From the NCBI GenBank assembly GCA_002269645.1, contig NIVC01000985.1, positions 134,587 through 198,586 of the forward strand: DNA of 64,000 bases, given 5' to 3'. The DNA comes from Macrostomum lignano. Taxonomy: Eukaryota. A program made the translations under genes and the position numbers. Under the pieces are notes generated by a model, which did not search any database, was not told the DNA's origin, and was given only the letters and a program-made list of their open reading frames with translations. Positions 38,072 to 50,170 of this stretch are shown here, piece by piece; position 1 is the first letter of the stretch; the number at the start of each line of letters is the position of its first letter.

Positions 38072-38447
38072 GCTACTGCGGTCAAGGGGGGCCAGCGGTC
38101 TAGCGCAGCTGCTCTGGTGTGCCAGCGACCCAGGCTCGATTCCAAGTGCAGCCACATTAATTTGGGGCTGAATTGGAATCTCGGTTTGGCTCTGCTCGTG
38201 CAATTAACGGCCTTGATGGCCAACCCCCCAAGGCGCAGTGAAGTGTACATGCCTAACGATAATATAAAGTTAGGGCCGCTGTACACTCCTGTGTGAGTGT
38301 GTGCCTGCGTACGTATCCGCGCGCTTGTATGCCTGCTCAGGGGAGTCGGCGGAATGGGCAGTAATGCCTCTCGCCGGTTGTGTGCCTATGTCGCTTAAAG
38401 TGCGCCAGGGTGCACACAACCCCCCTGCCTCTGAAAAAAAAGTCAAA
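38072..38447 (+). mobile_element. tRNA-headed SINE with LINE-like structured 3' tail and A8 run
   Basis: A-box-like GGCCAGCGGTCTAGCG (about 38090), B-box-like GGCTCGATTCC (38133-38143). Body is homologous to the copy at 42865-43510. Tail CAGGGG...CCCCTG resembles the LINE 3' UTR. A8 at 38434-38441. Confidence 0.75.
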
Positions 38448-39149
38448 GAGACTCAGTTACACCTGAGCTTCTCAAACAATCAGGGGAGCTCTCTGATTTG
38501 CCATGGTCATACTCAGTTTAACACGGTTTGATACCCAGCTTTCACGGGCAGCTAAAGAAGTACACCTGTTAAAGGTGACAAGCATAGACAAAAACTACGG
38601 GACCTTTTACTCCTCCTCTGGGGTCTTAAAGCTCAACTTTAAGTTTCAAGATTTACTAGCATACGTCTCCTATCCCTGCACAGTTGACTTTTTAACTATC
38701 TGCGACCTATAGTCCCTGGTAAGACAGCTTGTATTTGCTTTAGAGCTGGCTAATCATGCTCAAAGTTCTCTCGCTTTTGGCAAATTCCAAGTTAAAATGG
38801 TATAATAAAATCCATAGCTGAGCTTGGATGTCCGGCTGTAGCCCATAGATTGCGCGATTATGTTGCTTTCAGCACTTCCGGATTGCTGGTCCAGAAACTG
38901 TGGGCGCGACTTTGGAACCTTTCTAAGCCTATGAGGTTTTAAAGTAAGACTTTTGCGCTGCCGAGATAGTAGCATGATTGAAATCATTCTTAAATTAGGA
39001 GATTTTCTACAACTCTGGCCTATCTGCTGGGTCTGGAAAGCATTCAGAATTTACAGCTGTTTCTCTGAGATGAAATAAGATCAATTGATGTTTAATCAAA
39101 GAAAATATCAGTTTTGAAAATTTCTTTCCAAAACCTACAATGAAAGTGA

Positions 39150-39500
39150 ATATGAGATTGAAGTGAGATAAGATGAAATGAGATGAGATAAGATGAGATG
39201 AGATGAGGTAAGGTGAGATGAGGTGAGATAAGATGAGATGAGATAGATGAGATAAAATGAGATAAGATGAGATGAAATGAGATAAGATGAGATGAGGTGA
39301 GGTGAGATGAGATGAGGTGAGGTGAGATGACGTGAGATGAGGTGAGATGAGGTTGGATGAGGTGAGATTAGGTGAGGTGAGGTGAGATGAGGTGAGGTGA
39401 GATGACGTGAGATGAGGTGAGATGAGGTTGGATGAGGTGAGATTAGGTGAGGTGAGGTGAGGTGAGGTGAGATGAGGTGAGATGAGGTGAGATGGGATGA
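39150..39500. repeat. Pentamer microsatellite (GAGAT/GAGGT/AAGAT)n
   Basis: Direct reading. Confidence 0.95.
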
Positions 39501-39561
39501 GAGGAGGCGATTAAAAGTGATGAGCAAAGTTCAAGCGCACTCCGCACCGTGTCTGCCACAG

Positions 39562-40086
39562 GATGACAGCAGCGATGGCAAAGACGACGAGCCCAATGGA
39601 GACGAAGGCGCTGCTCCGGTCGCGACCTCGATGGTCGCCTCCGCAACCGCTGCGGCTACGGCAGCTGCCACCGCCGCCATCGACAGAAACTCGCCAGCTG
39701 CTGAAACCGCGGCGGCGACGTCGACAGCAAAGGACGCAGGCGGAGCTGCTCCAGCTGATGCCGACGGCACCAACTATCAGGAGCGACGCCGCATGCTTGA
39801 GCAGCATTCTCGACAGAGGCAGAAAATCTCGTTGAGCAGGGAGCGACGCGCTCTCAGAACCCTCGGCATCATCATGGGCATCTTCATGCTATGCTGGCTG
39901 CCATTCTTCGTTGTGTACCTCGGCGAAGCTGCCGACTATCAGACACGCAAAGGCGTCTACAGTTTATTCGTTTGGCTGGGCTATTTGAACTCAGCAATCA
40001 ATCCCATTATTTACACCATCTTCAATGTGGACTTTCGGAAAGCTTTCGCTAACCTGTTGCACCTGAGGGGCTTTTGCTTTGCCTAA
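39562..40086 (+). CDS. Tyramine/octopamine-type GPCR, exon 2 (ICL3, TM6-TM7); joined protein about 418 aa
   Basis: Acceptor CCACAG|GAT, phase 0, matches the exon 1 donor. ERRALRTLGIIMGIFMLCWLPFF and WLGYLNSAINPIIYTIFNVDFRKAF resemble invertebrate Oct/Tyr receptors. Confidence 0.9.
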   Translation, partial: DDSSDGKDDEPNGDEGAAPVATSMVASATAAATAAATAAIDRNSPAAETAAATSTAKDAGGAAPADADGTNYQERRRMLEQHSRQRQKISLSRERRALRTLGIIMGIFMLCWLPFFVVYLGEAADYQTRKGVYSLFVWLGYLNSAINPIIYTIFNVDFRKAFANLLHLRGFCFA

Positions 40087-41107
40087 CTGTACTGGTGAAT
40101 CGGGGGCCTGAGGCGGAGTCTGGCAACAGATACCCTGACAAGTTCAAAAGTGCATAACAGGGTTCGTGCCCTCTGCCCTCATCTATACTCAACTCTTTTT
40201 CTCACAGAGCAATGAACTCAACTGCCAGGCCTCCAGTTCTTCAAGTCTAGGTAATTAATAATTCATGAGTTCGCGCTGGACCCGCAGCTAGCTAATTACA
40301 TAATTAACCCGGAGCCTGGAGTCTTCAATGCCAGGATTTAGTGGACCGCGAGGAGCCCGGCTTAGTGAGTGCTGGTGGCAATAGAGACGAGGGGATTTCG
40401 GTGATATATATGTGTGGGCCACATCGACCCGAACACTTCCCCGCTCTCCGAGTCTGTCCTTCATCTCCTCGTCACGTGCACCAAAAAACACCAGCCGTTT
40501 CTAGTTGCGAACTTCTCAATTCAATGGAACAAATTTGCAACGCGCCTATGCATGTATCTTAGCTCGTAATTCGCGTACTATTTAGGCTCTGTCCCCACCG
40601 TGTGGTTAGAAGTAGCTCGCGTACTTCTGATAGATACTATGCTATACCCGCCTCCTTATCATTTATATTGATGATTACCTGCCTGTCGCATATTGACCAC
40701 GGTAGATAGATTATTTGAAAAAACCTTTCTTTGTCACTATATACACAGATATCTGACGAATGTACTTTTCAAAGACGAAAGTAAAGTACTTTGCTTCTCG
40801 GTGTCTTTTTCATCGGATTAAAAAAATTGCGAACCGATAAAACTGGGAAGAGACTCTAACATGAATTCGCGTGTCGCTTCTTGGAAAGCGAAGGGACCCT
40901 ATGGTCCATATTATAGAAATGTATACTCGTAGAAAAGGATGGGGTTGGGCCATAGACATCCGGCAACTTTCTCACCGAAAATAACAGATACAAGCCAGCT
41001 CCAAATTTTTTTATCTAAACAGGCAGATTAACTGTTTTAAGAGCACATTTAGCTGTAATACGAGGGTAGTTAAGACAATAAAAATGATTAAGACAGCAAG
41101 CCCTTGA

Positions 41108-41410
41108 CAGGGGTTCCCCTAAATCAGGATTCCCTCAAACTAGGCTTCCGTCAATTAAGGACTCCCCTAACTAAAGGTTTCACTAATTAAGGATTCCCTC
41201 AACTCAGGATCCTTTTAATTAAGGATTTCCTTAAATCAGGACTCCCATAATTAAGGATTCCCCCAAGCAGGATTCCCCCAAAACAGGATTCTCCTAATGC
41301 TCAAAAAGGGGTTCATCCCTGGAGATTCCCTTAAATTTTGAAGGATTTAAAAAAACAGGATTCTTACAATTCAAGATTCTCCCAAACCAGGATTCTCGTA
41401 ATTCAGGATT
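41108..41410. repeat. Degenerate tandem array, about 16-bp unit with core (A/C)AGGATTCC
   Basis: Many spaced AGGATTC/AGGACTCC cores. Confidence 0.7.
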
Positions 41411-42864
41411 AGCAGCTAAGCCAGAGTTTTCTGCATCTGGATTACCCTACATTGGAGTTCCTAGAAAGAAAGATACTTTTTTTAAGCCCAGCAACTGCCC
41501 AGCTTGGCCTCCCATCAGGCAGGTCGGTGCTTGACAAAATCGGAGTCCATAAAACTTACCTTAGTTTGAGTTTGATAACACCTAGGCGCTGTCTGGGCTC
41601 ATAAATCATTCTGATCCTACAGACAGCGCGAATCTTGCATATACAGCTTTTCCTTATCAATACCCTGTGCCAGTAGTGACTAAGCCCTTTCATTTCGATC
41701 CCGATACTAAGCTATTGTTTTATCACTCTGCTCTGCTTGACCTGAACTGACTCAAGCTGAGCTTCGTGACTCGCCTTTCATCATTTTACCTGCTGGATGC
41801 GCTACGAGAACAAAAATGGAAAAAAGGTATAAAAAACGCTTTGCTGCCGCAGACGATTCAAAAGCAGGGACGGGTGGTTACAAAAAATTATGCTTCTGAA
41901 ATTTTAAATTCAGAGTTGACAGTGGGAAAAGGGACTCAGTTCAATCAAGCCATTCAAAGTTATATCAGTCAGAAACTATCCATCTACTTCTTTGCGCTAA
42001 TGCAGAAAATGCTATTCAAGGGGGTACCAGTTGAATTGGACAACAATCGAGTCACAAGCGCGGCGCTGTGCCGCCCGTGCCAGCCTGGCCCGTGCAAGCG
42101 ACCTGTTGCCAGCAGCTAAAAAGCTGATAGAGTTTGGTGGGCTGTCCAAAAAGGGGACGGTACCTACTTGGCCACTCCACCTGTCCGGGCAGTAGGCCAA
42201 AATAAGCTTCACGTCTGGCGTGACACCAGAAGTTCTCGCCTTAGGAATTATATTGGGTTACAAGATGTTCCGCAGTACTACAGCCGACAGACGAGCCGAG
42301 TGACCCAAGTTCGACCGAGGCTACTGAATGGGTCGCCAGCGCCGGAGCCCAGAATGACTTGAATTTCCGCGGAAACGTGTAGCCGGGGTCGGCTTGCGAG
42401 ACAGCTTGGGAGAAGTCTGCGACTCCCAGAGGTGAAAAGAGAGTGCAGAACACCCGCAGAGTGCAAACCAGAGGGGGGCAGGCGTGAAGTACTGCATCCT
42501 GTTTAGCTACTCCAGCTGGAAGGCCACATCACCCGCGCCGAGTCGGACAGCCCTCAGCGGGTGCAGGCGTTTTCGTCGACTGTCAACATGTACGTTCGCG
42601 CCCAAACTGTCAATTCAATTAGTTAATTTATTCTTTGAAGAATAAGCTCACTCCAGACTCAGGAAAGCCCAGCCAAATGACACTACCTTCCGTGTATTGA
42701 TTATAGATTTTTCAATGGACTATTCTCTACTGAGAATCGTCTCTGTGTATTTCACTTGTTGCCCATCTATACAGCAAGATAGTTGATAAAACTGTGTATC
42801 AACCTCAAATGCCTTGTTGGAAGTCAGTACTGAGTCTTCTCAATCTTGTCATTATTAACGTTAG

Positions 42865-43510
42865 GCACGCACACGCTCACACTGGGTGTACAGCGTCCTT
42901 GACTTTCTAATCGTCAGGCATGTACACTCTCTCAGGCATGTACACTCTCTCAGGCATGTACACTCTCTCAGGCATGTACACTCTCTCAGGCATGTACACT
43001 CTCTCAGGCATGTACACTCTCTCAGGCATGTACACTCTCTCAGGCATGTACACTCTCTCAGGCATGTACACTCTCTCAGGCATGTACACTCTCTCAGGCA
43101 TTTACACTCTCTCAGGCATGTACACTCTCTCAGGCATGTACACTCTCTCAGGCATGTACACTCTCTCAGGCATGTACACTCTCTCAGGCATGTACACTCT
43201 CTCAGGCATGTACACTCTCTCAGGCATGTACACTCTCTCAGGCATGTACACTCTCTCAGGCATGTACACTCTCTCAGGCATGTACACTCTCTCAGGCATG
43301 TACACTCTCTCAGGCATGTACACTCTCTCAGGCATGTACACTCTCTCTGTGCCTTGGGGGTTGGCTCTCATGGGTGGGAATCGCAGAACAAACCTTGGAT
43401 TAATTTTAGTGCAAAAATGACTGCGATCGAGGACGGAATCGAACCAGGGACCTGTGGGGCGAGTGTCAGATGCGTTTATCGCTGAGCTGCCCTGCTTCCT
43501 GCAGTGTAGG
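42865..43510 (-). mobile_element. Second tRNA-headed SINE copy, lacking the LINE-like tail, with an internal 18-bp array
   Basis: Minus strand: AGCTCAGCGATAAACG (A-box-like), GGTTCGATTCC (B-box, 43445-43435), GCCAACCCCCAAGGCACAG. After the array, CATGCCTGACGAT..AAGTCAAGGACGCTGTACAC..GTGTGAG matches 38248-38305. Confidence 0.8.
42915..43346. repeat. Minisatellite, 18-bp unit CAGGCATGTACACTCTCT, 24 copies
   Basis: Direct reading; nearly homogeneous. Confidence 0.97.
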
Positions 43511-43871
43511 ACAATCAAGAAAATGTATTTCAATTGGATCATCTTAGATTCTTTTGGCTAAGCTTTGCTTGTTTTTCTTGTTTTTTTCTTCCAAAACTTC
43601 CAAAACTTATTCGCTTAAATTTATTACCGTATTTTTTTCTCTCCAGATCAACAGCAGCTAATTTCGTAGTCAAACGGACACAAGGAAATTGCCTGCTTTA
43701 TCGAAGAAATGAGTTCCTAGAGCCGGCTGAATTGTCAATACGAGCTGTTTATTCACTTTCATCAATTTTTAAAACCGCGCAGCAACGCCTTTGACAATTT
43801 GTCTGCTTCTCGGCTGGAGCGAGTGCTTCTGTACTTTTCAAACCAGTGAAGAAAATGGAGCCGCTGACCCT

Positions 43872-44520
43872 CACTGTCTGTCCGTCTCTCTGTCTGCCTG
43901 TCTCACTGTCTGCCTGTCTCACTGTCTGCCTGTCTCACTGTCTGCCTGTCTCACTGTCTGCCTGTCTCACTGTCTGCCTGTCTCACTGTCTGCCTGTCTC
44001 ACTGTCTGCCTGTCTCACTGTCTGCCTGTCTCACTGTCTGCCTGTCTCACTGTCTGCCTGTCTCACTGTCTGCCTGTCTCACTGTCTGCCTGTCTCACTG
44101 TCTGCCTGTCTCACTGTCTGCCTGTCTCACTGTCTGCCTGTCTCACTGTCTGCCTGTCTCACTGTCTGCCTGTCTCACTGTCTGCCTGTCTCACTGTCTG
44201 CCTGTCTCACTGTCTGCCTGTCTCACTGTCTGCCTGTCTCACTGTCTGCCTGTCTCACTGTCTGCCTGTCTCACTGTCTGCCTGTCTCACTGTCTGCCTG
44301 TCTCACTGTCTGCCTGTCTCACTGTCTGCCTGTCTCACTGTCTGCCTGTCTCACTGTCTGACCGTCTCATTGTCTCACTTTGTCCCTGTCTGCCCGTCTC
44401 ATTGTCTCACTGTGTCACTGTCTGCCCGTCTCATTGTCTCACTGTGTCACTGTCTGCCCGTCTCATTGTCTCACTTTGTCACTGTCTGCCCGTCTCATTG
44501 CCTCACTGTGTCACTGTCTG
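43872..44520. repeat. Minisatellite, 16-bp unit TCTCACTGTCTGCCTG, degenerate at right end
   Basis: Direct reading. Confidence 0.96.
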
Positions 44521-44606
44521 TTATATTTACTTTAAATTTAAATTACTTTAAATTTCATAAGAGAAAAATGGCGATGCGAGAGAAGAAATTGTTAAAATAA
44601 AACAAA

Positions 44607-44795
44607 TCAGTCCTCCAGAGCCTTCAGCGCGTCAATAATGATGTCATTAACAATATCCGGCCGCTCCACATAGTGCAGGTGGCTGGCCGAATCAACTGGG
44701 ATCACCCGGGCGGAAGGGATCAGACGGAAGCGCTTGTAGGCTTCCTCGCCTGGCAGGTCATTCTCCGTGCCGTACAAGAGCACCGTGTACACTTT
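44607..44795 (-). CDS. ABHD14: ABHD14-like hydrolase, exon 3 (catalytic Asp/His region, stop)
   Basis: Acceptor CCAG|AAA, phase 0. LLYGTEND (cf. YGDQD), SHLHYVERP (cf. GHPCYLDKP). Confidence 0.85.
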   Translation of the reverse strand, partial: KVYTVLLYGTENDLPGEEAYKRFRLIPSARVIPVDSASHLHYVERPDIVNDIIIDALKALED

Positions 44796-44835
44796 CTGGA
44801 TGGCGAAGGGGGTTAGAACACAAACATTGGACATT

Positions 44836-45565
44836 TAGAACAGCGGGACATTGAGAACAGCGGGACATTGAGAACAGCGGGACATTGAGAACAGCGGGAC
44901 ATTGAGAACAGCGGGACATTGAGAACAGCGGGACATTGAGAACAGCGGGACATTGAGAACAGCGGGACATTGAGAACAGCGGGACATTGAGAACAGCGGG
45001 ACATTGAGAACAGCGGGACATTGAGAACAGCGGGACATTGAGAACAGCGGGACATTGAGAACAGCGGGACATTGAGAACAGCGGGACATTGAGAATTTGG
45101 CATTTGGGACACTGGGAATCATTGGACATTGGGGATCATCCGACACTGGGGATCATCCGACACTGGAGATCATGGGACATTGGGGATCATGGAGCATTGG
45201 GGATCATGGGACATTGAGAATCATGGGTCATTGGGGATCATGGGACATTGGGAATCATGGGTCATTGGGGATCATGGGACATTGGGAATCGTGGGACACT
45301 GGGAATCATGGGACATTGGGGATCATGGGACATTGGGAATCATGGGACACTGGGAATCATGGGACATTGGGAATCGTAGGACACTGGGAATCATGGGACA
45401 CTGGGAATCATGGGACATTGGGAATCATGGGACACTGGGGATCATGGAGCATTGGGGATCATGGGTCATTGGGGATCATGGGACATTGGGAATCATGGGA
45501 CATTGGGAATCATGGGACATTGGGAATCATGGGACATTGGGAATCATGGGACATTGGGAATCATC
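44836..45565. repeat. Two adjoining related 17-bp minisatellites (GGGACATTGAGAACAGC, then GGGACA(T/C)TGGGAATCAT) filling ABHD14 intron 2
   Basis: Direct reading; switch near 45095. Confidence 0.95.
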
Positions 45566-45613
45566 AAGAGTCGGGCATCGGAAGAAAACGATTTCAAAAC
45601 AAGCCGCCATCAC

Positions 45614-45849
45614 CTTGAAGTGCGCGAAGTCCTCCTGCGCGTAGGCCAGCGCGTGCGATGGCGACAGTCCGATGAAGCCGGACAGCCTCGCTTGCATACT
45701 GTGCGGGTCCTCCAGCGCGTAGGCGAAGGCGAAGACCCCGGAGGTTGACGGGGCCACCAGAAGCGGCCGGTCGAGGTCCAAGTAATCCACTACGGCTTGG
45801 ATGAAATCAGAGGGCGCCAGCTTCCCCAACAGCCGGGTGTGGCCTGAGC
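45614..45849 (-). CDS. ABHD14: ABHD14-like hydrolase, exon 2 (nucleophile elbow)
   Basis: Acceptor ACTAG|GC completes a phase-1 Gly. LDRPLLVAPSTSG (cf. VVISPSLSG). Donor AAG|GTGATG. Confidence 0.87.
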
Positions 45850-46654
45850 CTAGTTTGAGCAGAGCGAGGGTGTGCGGTTTGGGATTTAACAGTGGGGAGC
45901 TTTATTAAAAAATCCCTTAGATAAATACAGCTGGATTGGCAACATCAGTGCTAACCGCATCCAAGAGCACCGCCTTGCAGTATATAGCGAGACTACTGTT
46001 GCTATGCGTTCCATCAGTGATCTGAGTGAACTAAGAATCATATTTTCTCCATATTTGATAGGTATTGCTTTTCTATTCGTCTTCTTCTCACATAATAATC
46101 CATTTACATTGCTGTGCTCAAAGCAATAGCTGCAGCAATCGTTTTGCTAAACAAAAGCAGGCTTGGCACCGGTTGAACGGGTAGAAAGGCACGCAAGCTA
46201 AAAGCAAAAGATTTTCCAGCTGAATAACGAGCAGAAATTCTCCCAGGGCCGAGGTGATAATTTGAAATCCATACCTGGTGGGGGGGGGTTAGTGAAATTC
46301 TGTTGGCGGGTGGGTGGGTGGCCGCACCGGACCAGATCTTGGCCAATTCATTTTCATAAATCGTCAGTCAGCTCTGACAGAGAATGCCGCGTTCCTGAAT
46401 GCCCATCATGCACCAGGGGGCGGAAGCGCCCGGGAATGTCTGCGGCTAATTGACTTCCCTAATTAAGCCTGGCTCGCGGTTAGCAGGTGAGACCGGAAAC
46501 CGATGGATTGTCTTTTTAAAATCGATTGATTCAATTTTCTTATGCTTTGCTTCTGCGATGTTCTGTCGTAAAAAGTTCGAATAAGGTTGGTGCCTCGATT
46601 TTTAGAGAACGATCTGGTTTATAACCGTATTTTGGTGCAGCCAGTGGCTACTCT

Positions 46655-48105
46655 ACATTGGCCATATTGGCTATTGACATTGGCTATATTGGCTATTGAC
46701 ATTGGCTATATTGGCTATTGACATTGGCTATATTGGCTATTGACATTGGCTATATTGGCTATTGACATTGGCTACATTGGCTATTGACATTGGCTATATT
46801 GGCTACTCTACATTGGCTATATTGGCTACTCTACATTGGCTATATTGGCTACTCTACATTGGCTATATTGGCTACTCTAAATTGGCTACATTGGCTACTC
46901 TACATTGGCTACATTGGCTGTTGACATTGGCTATATTGGCTATTGACATTGGCTATATTGGCTATTGACATTGGCTACATTGGCTATTGACATTGGCTAT
47001 ATTGGCTACTCTACATTGGCTATATTGGCTACTCTACATTGGCTATATTGGCTACTCTACATTGGCTATATTGGCTACTCTACATTGGCTACACTGGCTA
47101 CTCTACATTGGATACACTGGCTACTCTACATTGGCTACATTGGCTACTCTACATTGGCTACACTGGCTACTCTACATTGGCTACACTGGCTACTCTACAT
47201 TGGATACACTGGCTACTCTACATTGGATACACTGGCTACTCTACATTGGCTACTCTACATTGGCTACATTGGCTGTTGACATTGGCTATATTGGCTATTG
47301 ACATTGGCTATATTGGCTATTGACATTGGCTACATTGGCTATTGACATTGGCTATATTGGCTACTCTACATTGGCTATATTGGCTACTCTACATTGGCTA
47401 TATTGGCTACTCTACATTGGCTATATTGGCTACTCTACATTGGCTACACTGGCTACTCTACATTGGATACACTGGCTACTCTACATTGGATACACTGGCT
47501 ACTCTACATTGGCTACATTGGCTACTCTACATTGGCTACACTGGCTACTCTACATTGGCTACACTGGCTACTCTACATTGGCTACACTGGCTACTCTACA
47601 TTGGATACACTGGCTACTCTACATTGGATACACTGGCTACTCTACATTGGCTACATTGGCTACTCTACATTGGCTACATTGGCTGTTGACATTGGCTATA
47701 TTGGCTATTGACATTGGCTATATTGGCTATTGACATTGGCTACATTGGCTATTGACATTGGCTATATTGGCTACTCTACATTGGCTATATTGGCTACTCT
47801 ACATTGGCTATATTGGCTACTCTACATTGGCTACACTGGCTACTCTACATTGGATACACTGGCTACTCTACATTGGATACACTGGCTACTCTACATTGGC
47901 TACATTGGCTACTCTACATTGGCTACACTGGCTACTCTACATTGGCTACACTGGCTACTCTACATTGGCGGCTTCACTGGCTACTCTACATTGGCTACAT
48001 TGGCTACTCTACATTGGATACATTGGCTACTCTAAATTTGCGGCTACACTGGCTACTCTACATTGGCTACACTGGCTACTCTACATTGGCTATATTGGCT
48101 ATAAT
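46655..48105. repeat. Compound array of 9-, 13- and 14-bp units around ATTGGCT with higher-order blocks
   Basis: Units TGGCTA(T/C)AT, TGGCTATTGACAT and TGGCTACTCTACAT; blocks restart at 46762, 46965, 47320 and 47730. Confidence 0.93.
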
Positions 48106-49446
48106 ATATTCATTTTAGTTTAGATTTTCGCGTCTATTCTTTTCAAAATTTTACCTTATAATCCTGTCCAATACACCATTGGAAATTCAAGGAATGACTA
48201 ATCCGTTTTTATAGATTTTTCTATCTCAAAATTTCCCAATTAGCAACATGACACTCAAGCAGGTGGAATGTGGATATAACTTTGAACTTTATAGTTTAAT
48301 CAGCTAATTTAGTTGAACCTGAAGGTTAGTCGATAGTCGGTTAAATTCATTAAAAAATAAAATTTATATTTACACGTTACTACTAATTTGGTTGCTGTAG
48401 TAGTATGCATGGAATATCAATCAACGGCCAGGCAATGCTTGGTAAACCAATGTTTATTTAGAAGATTGGCATATAAAGCCAGATCAGACCCCACCTACTC
48501 AATCATTTCCAGCCTGACTGCCTTAATTTCACCGCCGAAATTTCACCGCCGACAATTTCACAGACAATTTTACTTATTTTGACTGTAATTTTCATTCATA
48601 TTCATTGGAATTTTTATGCATTAAAGACCTTTGGCTGATTCATTACATTTTTCCCTTGCCCCTGAACCAAAGCAGGAAAAAAGATGCGATGCTCAGAAAG
48701 GGTACAAAATTATACTTTTACCGCACCATTTACGGCACTTCAAAATTAAAACTTTACAGTCTATTTGTACTTTGTACAATCTGTACTATTTGTAAAGTCT
48801 ACAGTATAATTCTAAGGGATGGAATCTAAGGGATTTCTACCAGAAAATCTTCTGGTAGAACAGAAGATCTTGCTCAAAAAACTCTTAGAGTATAGTATAG
48901 TAGTCAGTATGCGTTTTTAATGTCACTTCCTCAAAAAGTCTCGAAAAACATAATAACAGCTAGCGTATTCACAGTTTGAAAGAATAATCACTCTCGCCGC
49001 AGAAAAATAGGGCGATCAGATTGTTGGTCCCAAATATCCCGGTCAAATTGTGCCGGTCAAATTTTCCGGTCTCATCTGGTTGTGGGACGATGTCGCCGAA
49101 GGCTTTGCGCCAGGGTGCCCGCAGCCCTCGTGCCAATGTTTATTTATGCAAGCTTATGAAATATTATTAAGGGACTGGAAAGGTGGTGGTTGAGTAAAGC
49201 TTGAAATCCAAGACATTTGACTGCCCCAACTGCCACTATTCGATCACTAAAAAATTGACTGCTACAAAGCTGAACCTAACTCTAAACGTACTCGTAACAT
49301 AAATCCCCAATTATTATAGCGACAAATATTAGTGATTGAATTCCTCATTTCCGAGGAAGTGGCACCATTGGACATTCACCGTCGCTTTCTGATACTGCCG
49401 AAGACAGCATTGAGTAAGAAATTACTGACACTGGTTCAACTCTCAC

Positions 49447-49846
49447 CAGGAAGATCAATAGCGTAGGCCTTGTGCCCCGTGTCGCCCAGCACCTGCAGGG
49501 TGCCGATCTTCTCCCACATCATGGCTGACTGTTCGTGTCCGTGCAGCAGCAGCACCGAGGGCACCTTGGCTTGGATGTGCTTTCTAGGTTCCACGGCCAC
49601 TAGGCTTAAGCGCAGTGGTACGTCATTGTGCTTAATCGAAGCATTCACCTGGCGCATGGTGTACAGCTCCGTGCTGATGAGCACGCTAGATTCGTCTCGC
49701 TGACTGCCCGGCGCCACCGGCTTTGACTTTTTGAGCCCCTCCGACACAACTGGCGTTCGAGTTGATCGCCTACTCAAGCCGAAGTACAACAGCAGGAGAA
49801 CGGCTACCGTGAGCAGGGCCGCTAGCAGCCTCTGTTCTTGTCGCAT
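49447..49846 (-). CDS. ABHD14: ABHD14A-like hydrolase, exon 1 (N-terminal hydrophobic anchor); joined protein 274 aa
   Basis: LLAALLTVAVLLLLYFG hydrophobic stretch; VLLLHGHEQSAMMWEKIGTLQVLGDTGHKAYAIDLPG. Donor G|GTGAGA, phase 1. Exon lengths 400+236+189 keep frame. Confidence 0.88.
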
Positions 49847-49879
49847 TGCCTGCTGATTGTAATATAATGCTGTAAGATA

Positions 49880-50170
49880 TCCGTGGATATCTGTGCCTCC
49901 AATGCTTTCTCTGTGGATATTTGTGATTACAATGCTTTCTCTGTGGATATTTGTGGTTACAATGCCCTCTCCGTTGATATTTGTGGCTACAATGCTTTCT
50001 CTGTGGATATCTGTGGCTGCAATGCTTTCTCTGTGGATACTTGTGGCTAAAATGCTTTCTCTGTGGATATTTGTGGCTACAATGCTTTCTCTGTGGATAT
50101 TTGTGGTTACAATGCTTTCTCTGTGGATATTTGTGGTTACAATGCTTTCTCTGTGGATATTTGTGGCTAT
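49880..50170. repeat. Minisatellite, 30-bp unit CTGTGGATATTTGTGG(C/T)TACAATGCTTTCT, about 10 copies
   Basis: Direct reading; just upstream of the ABHD14 ATG. Confidence 0.93.
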
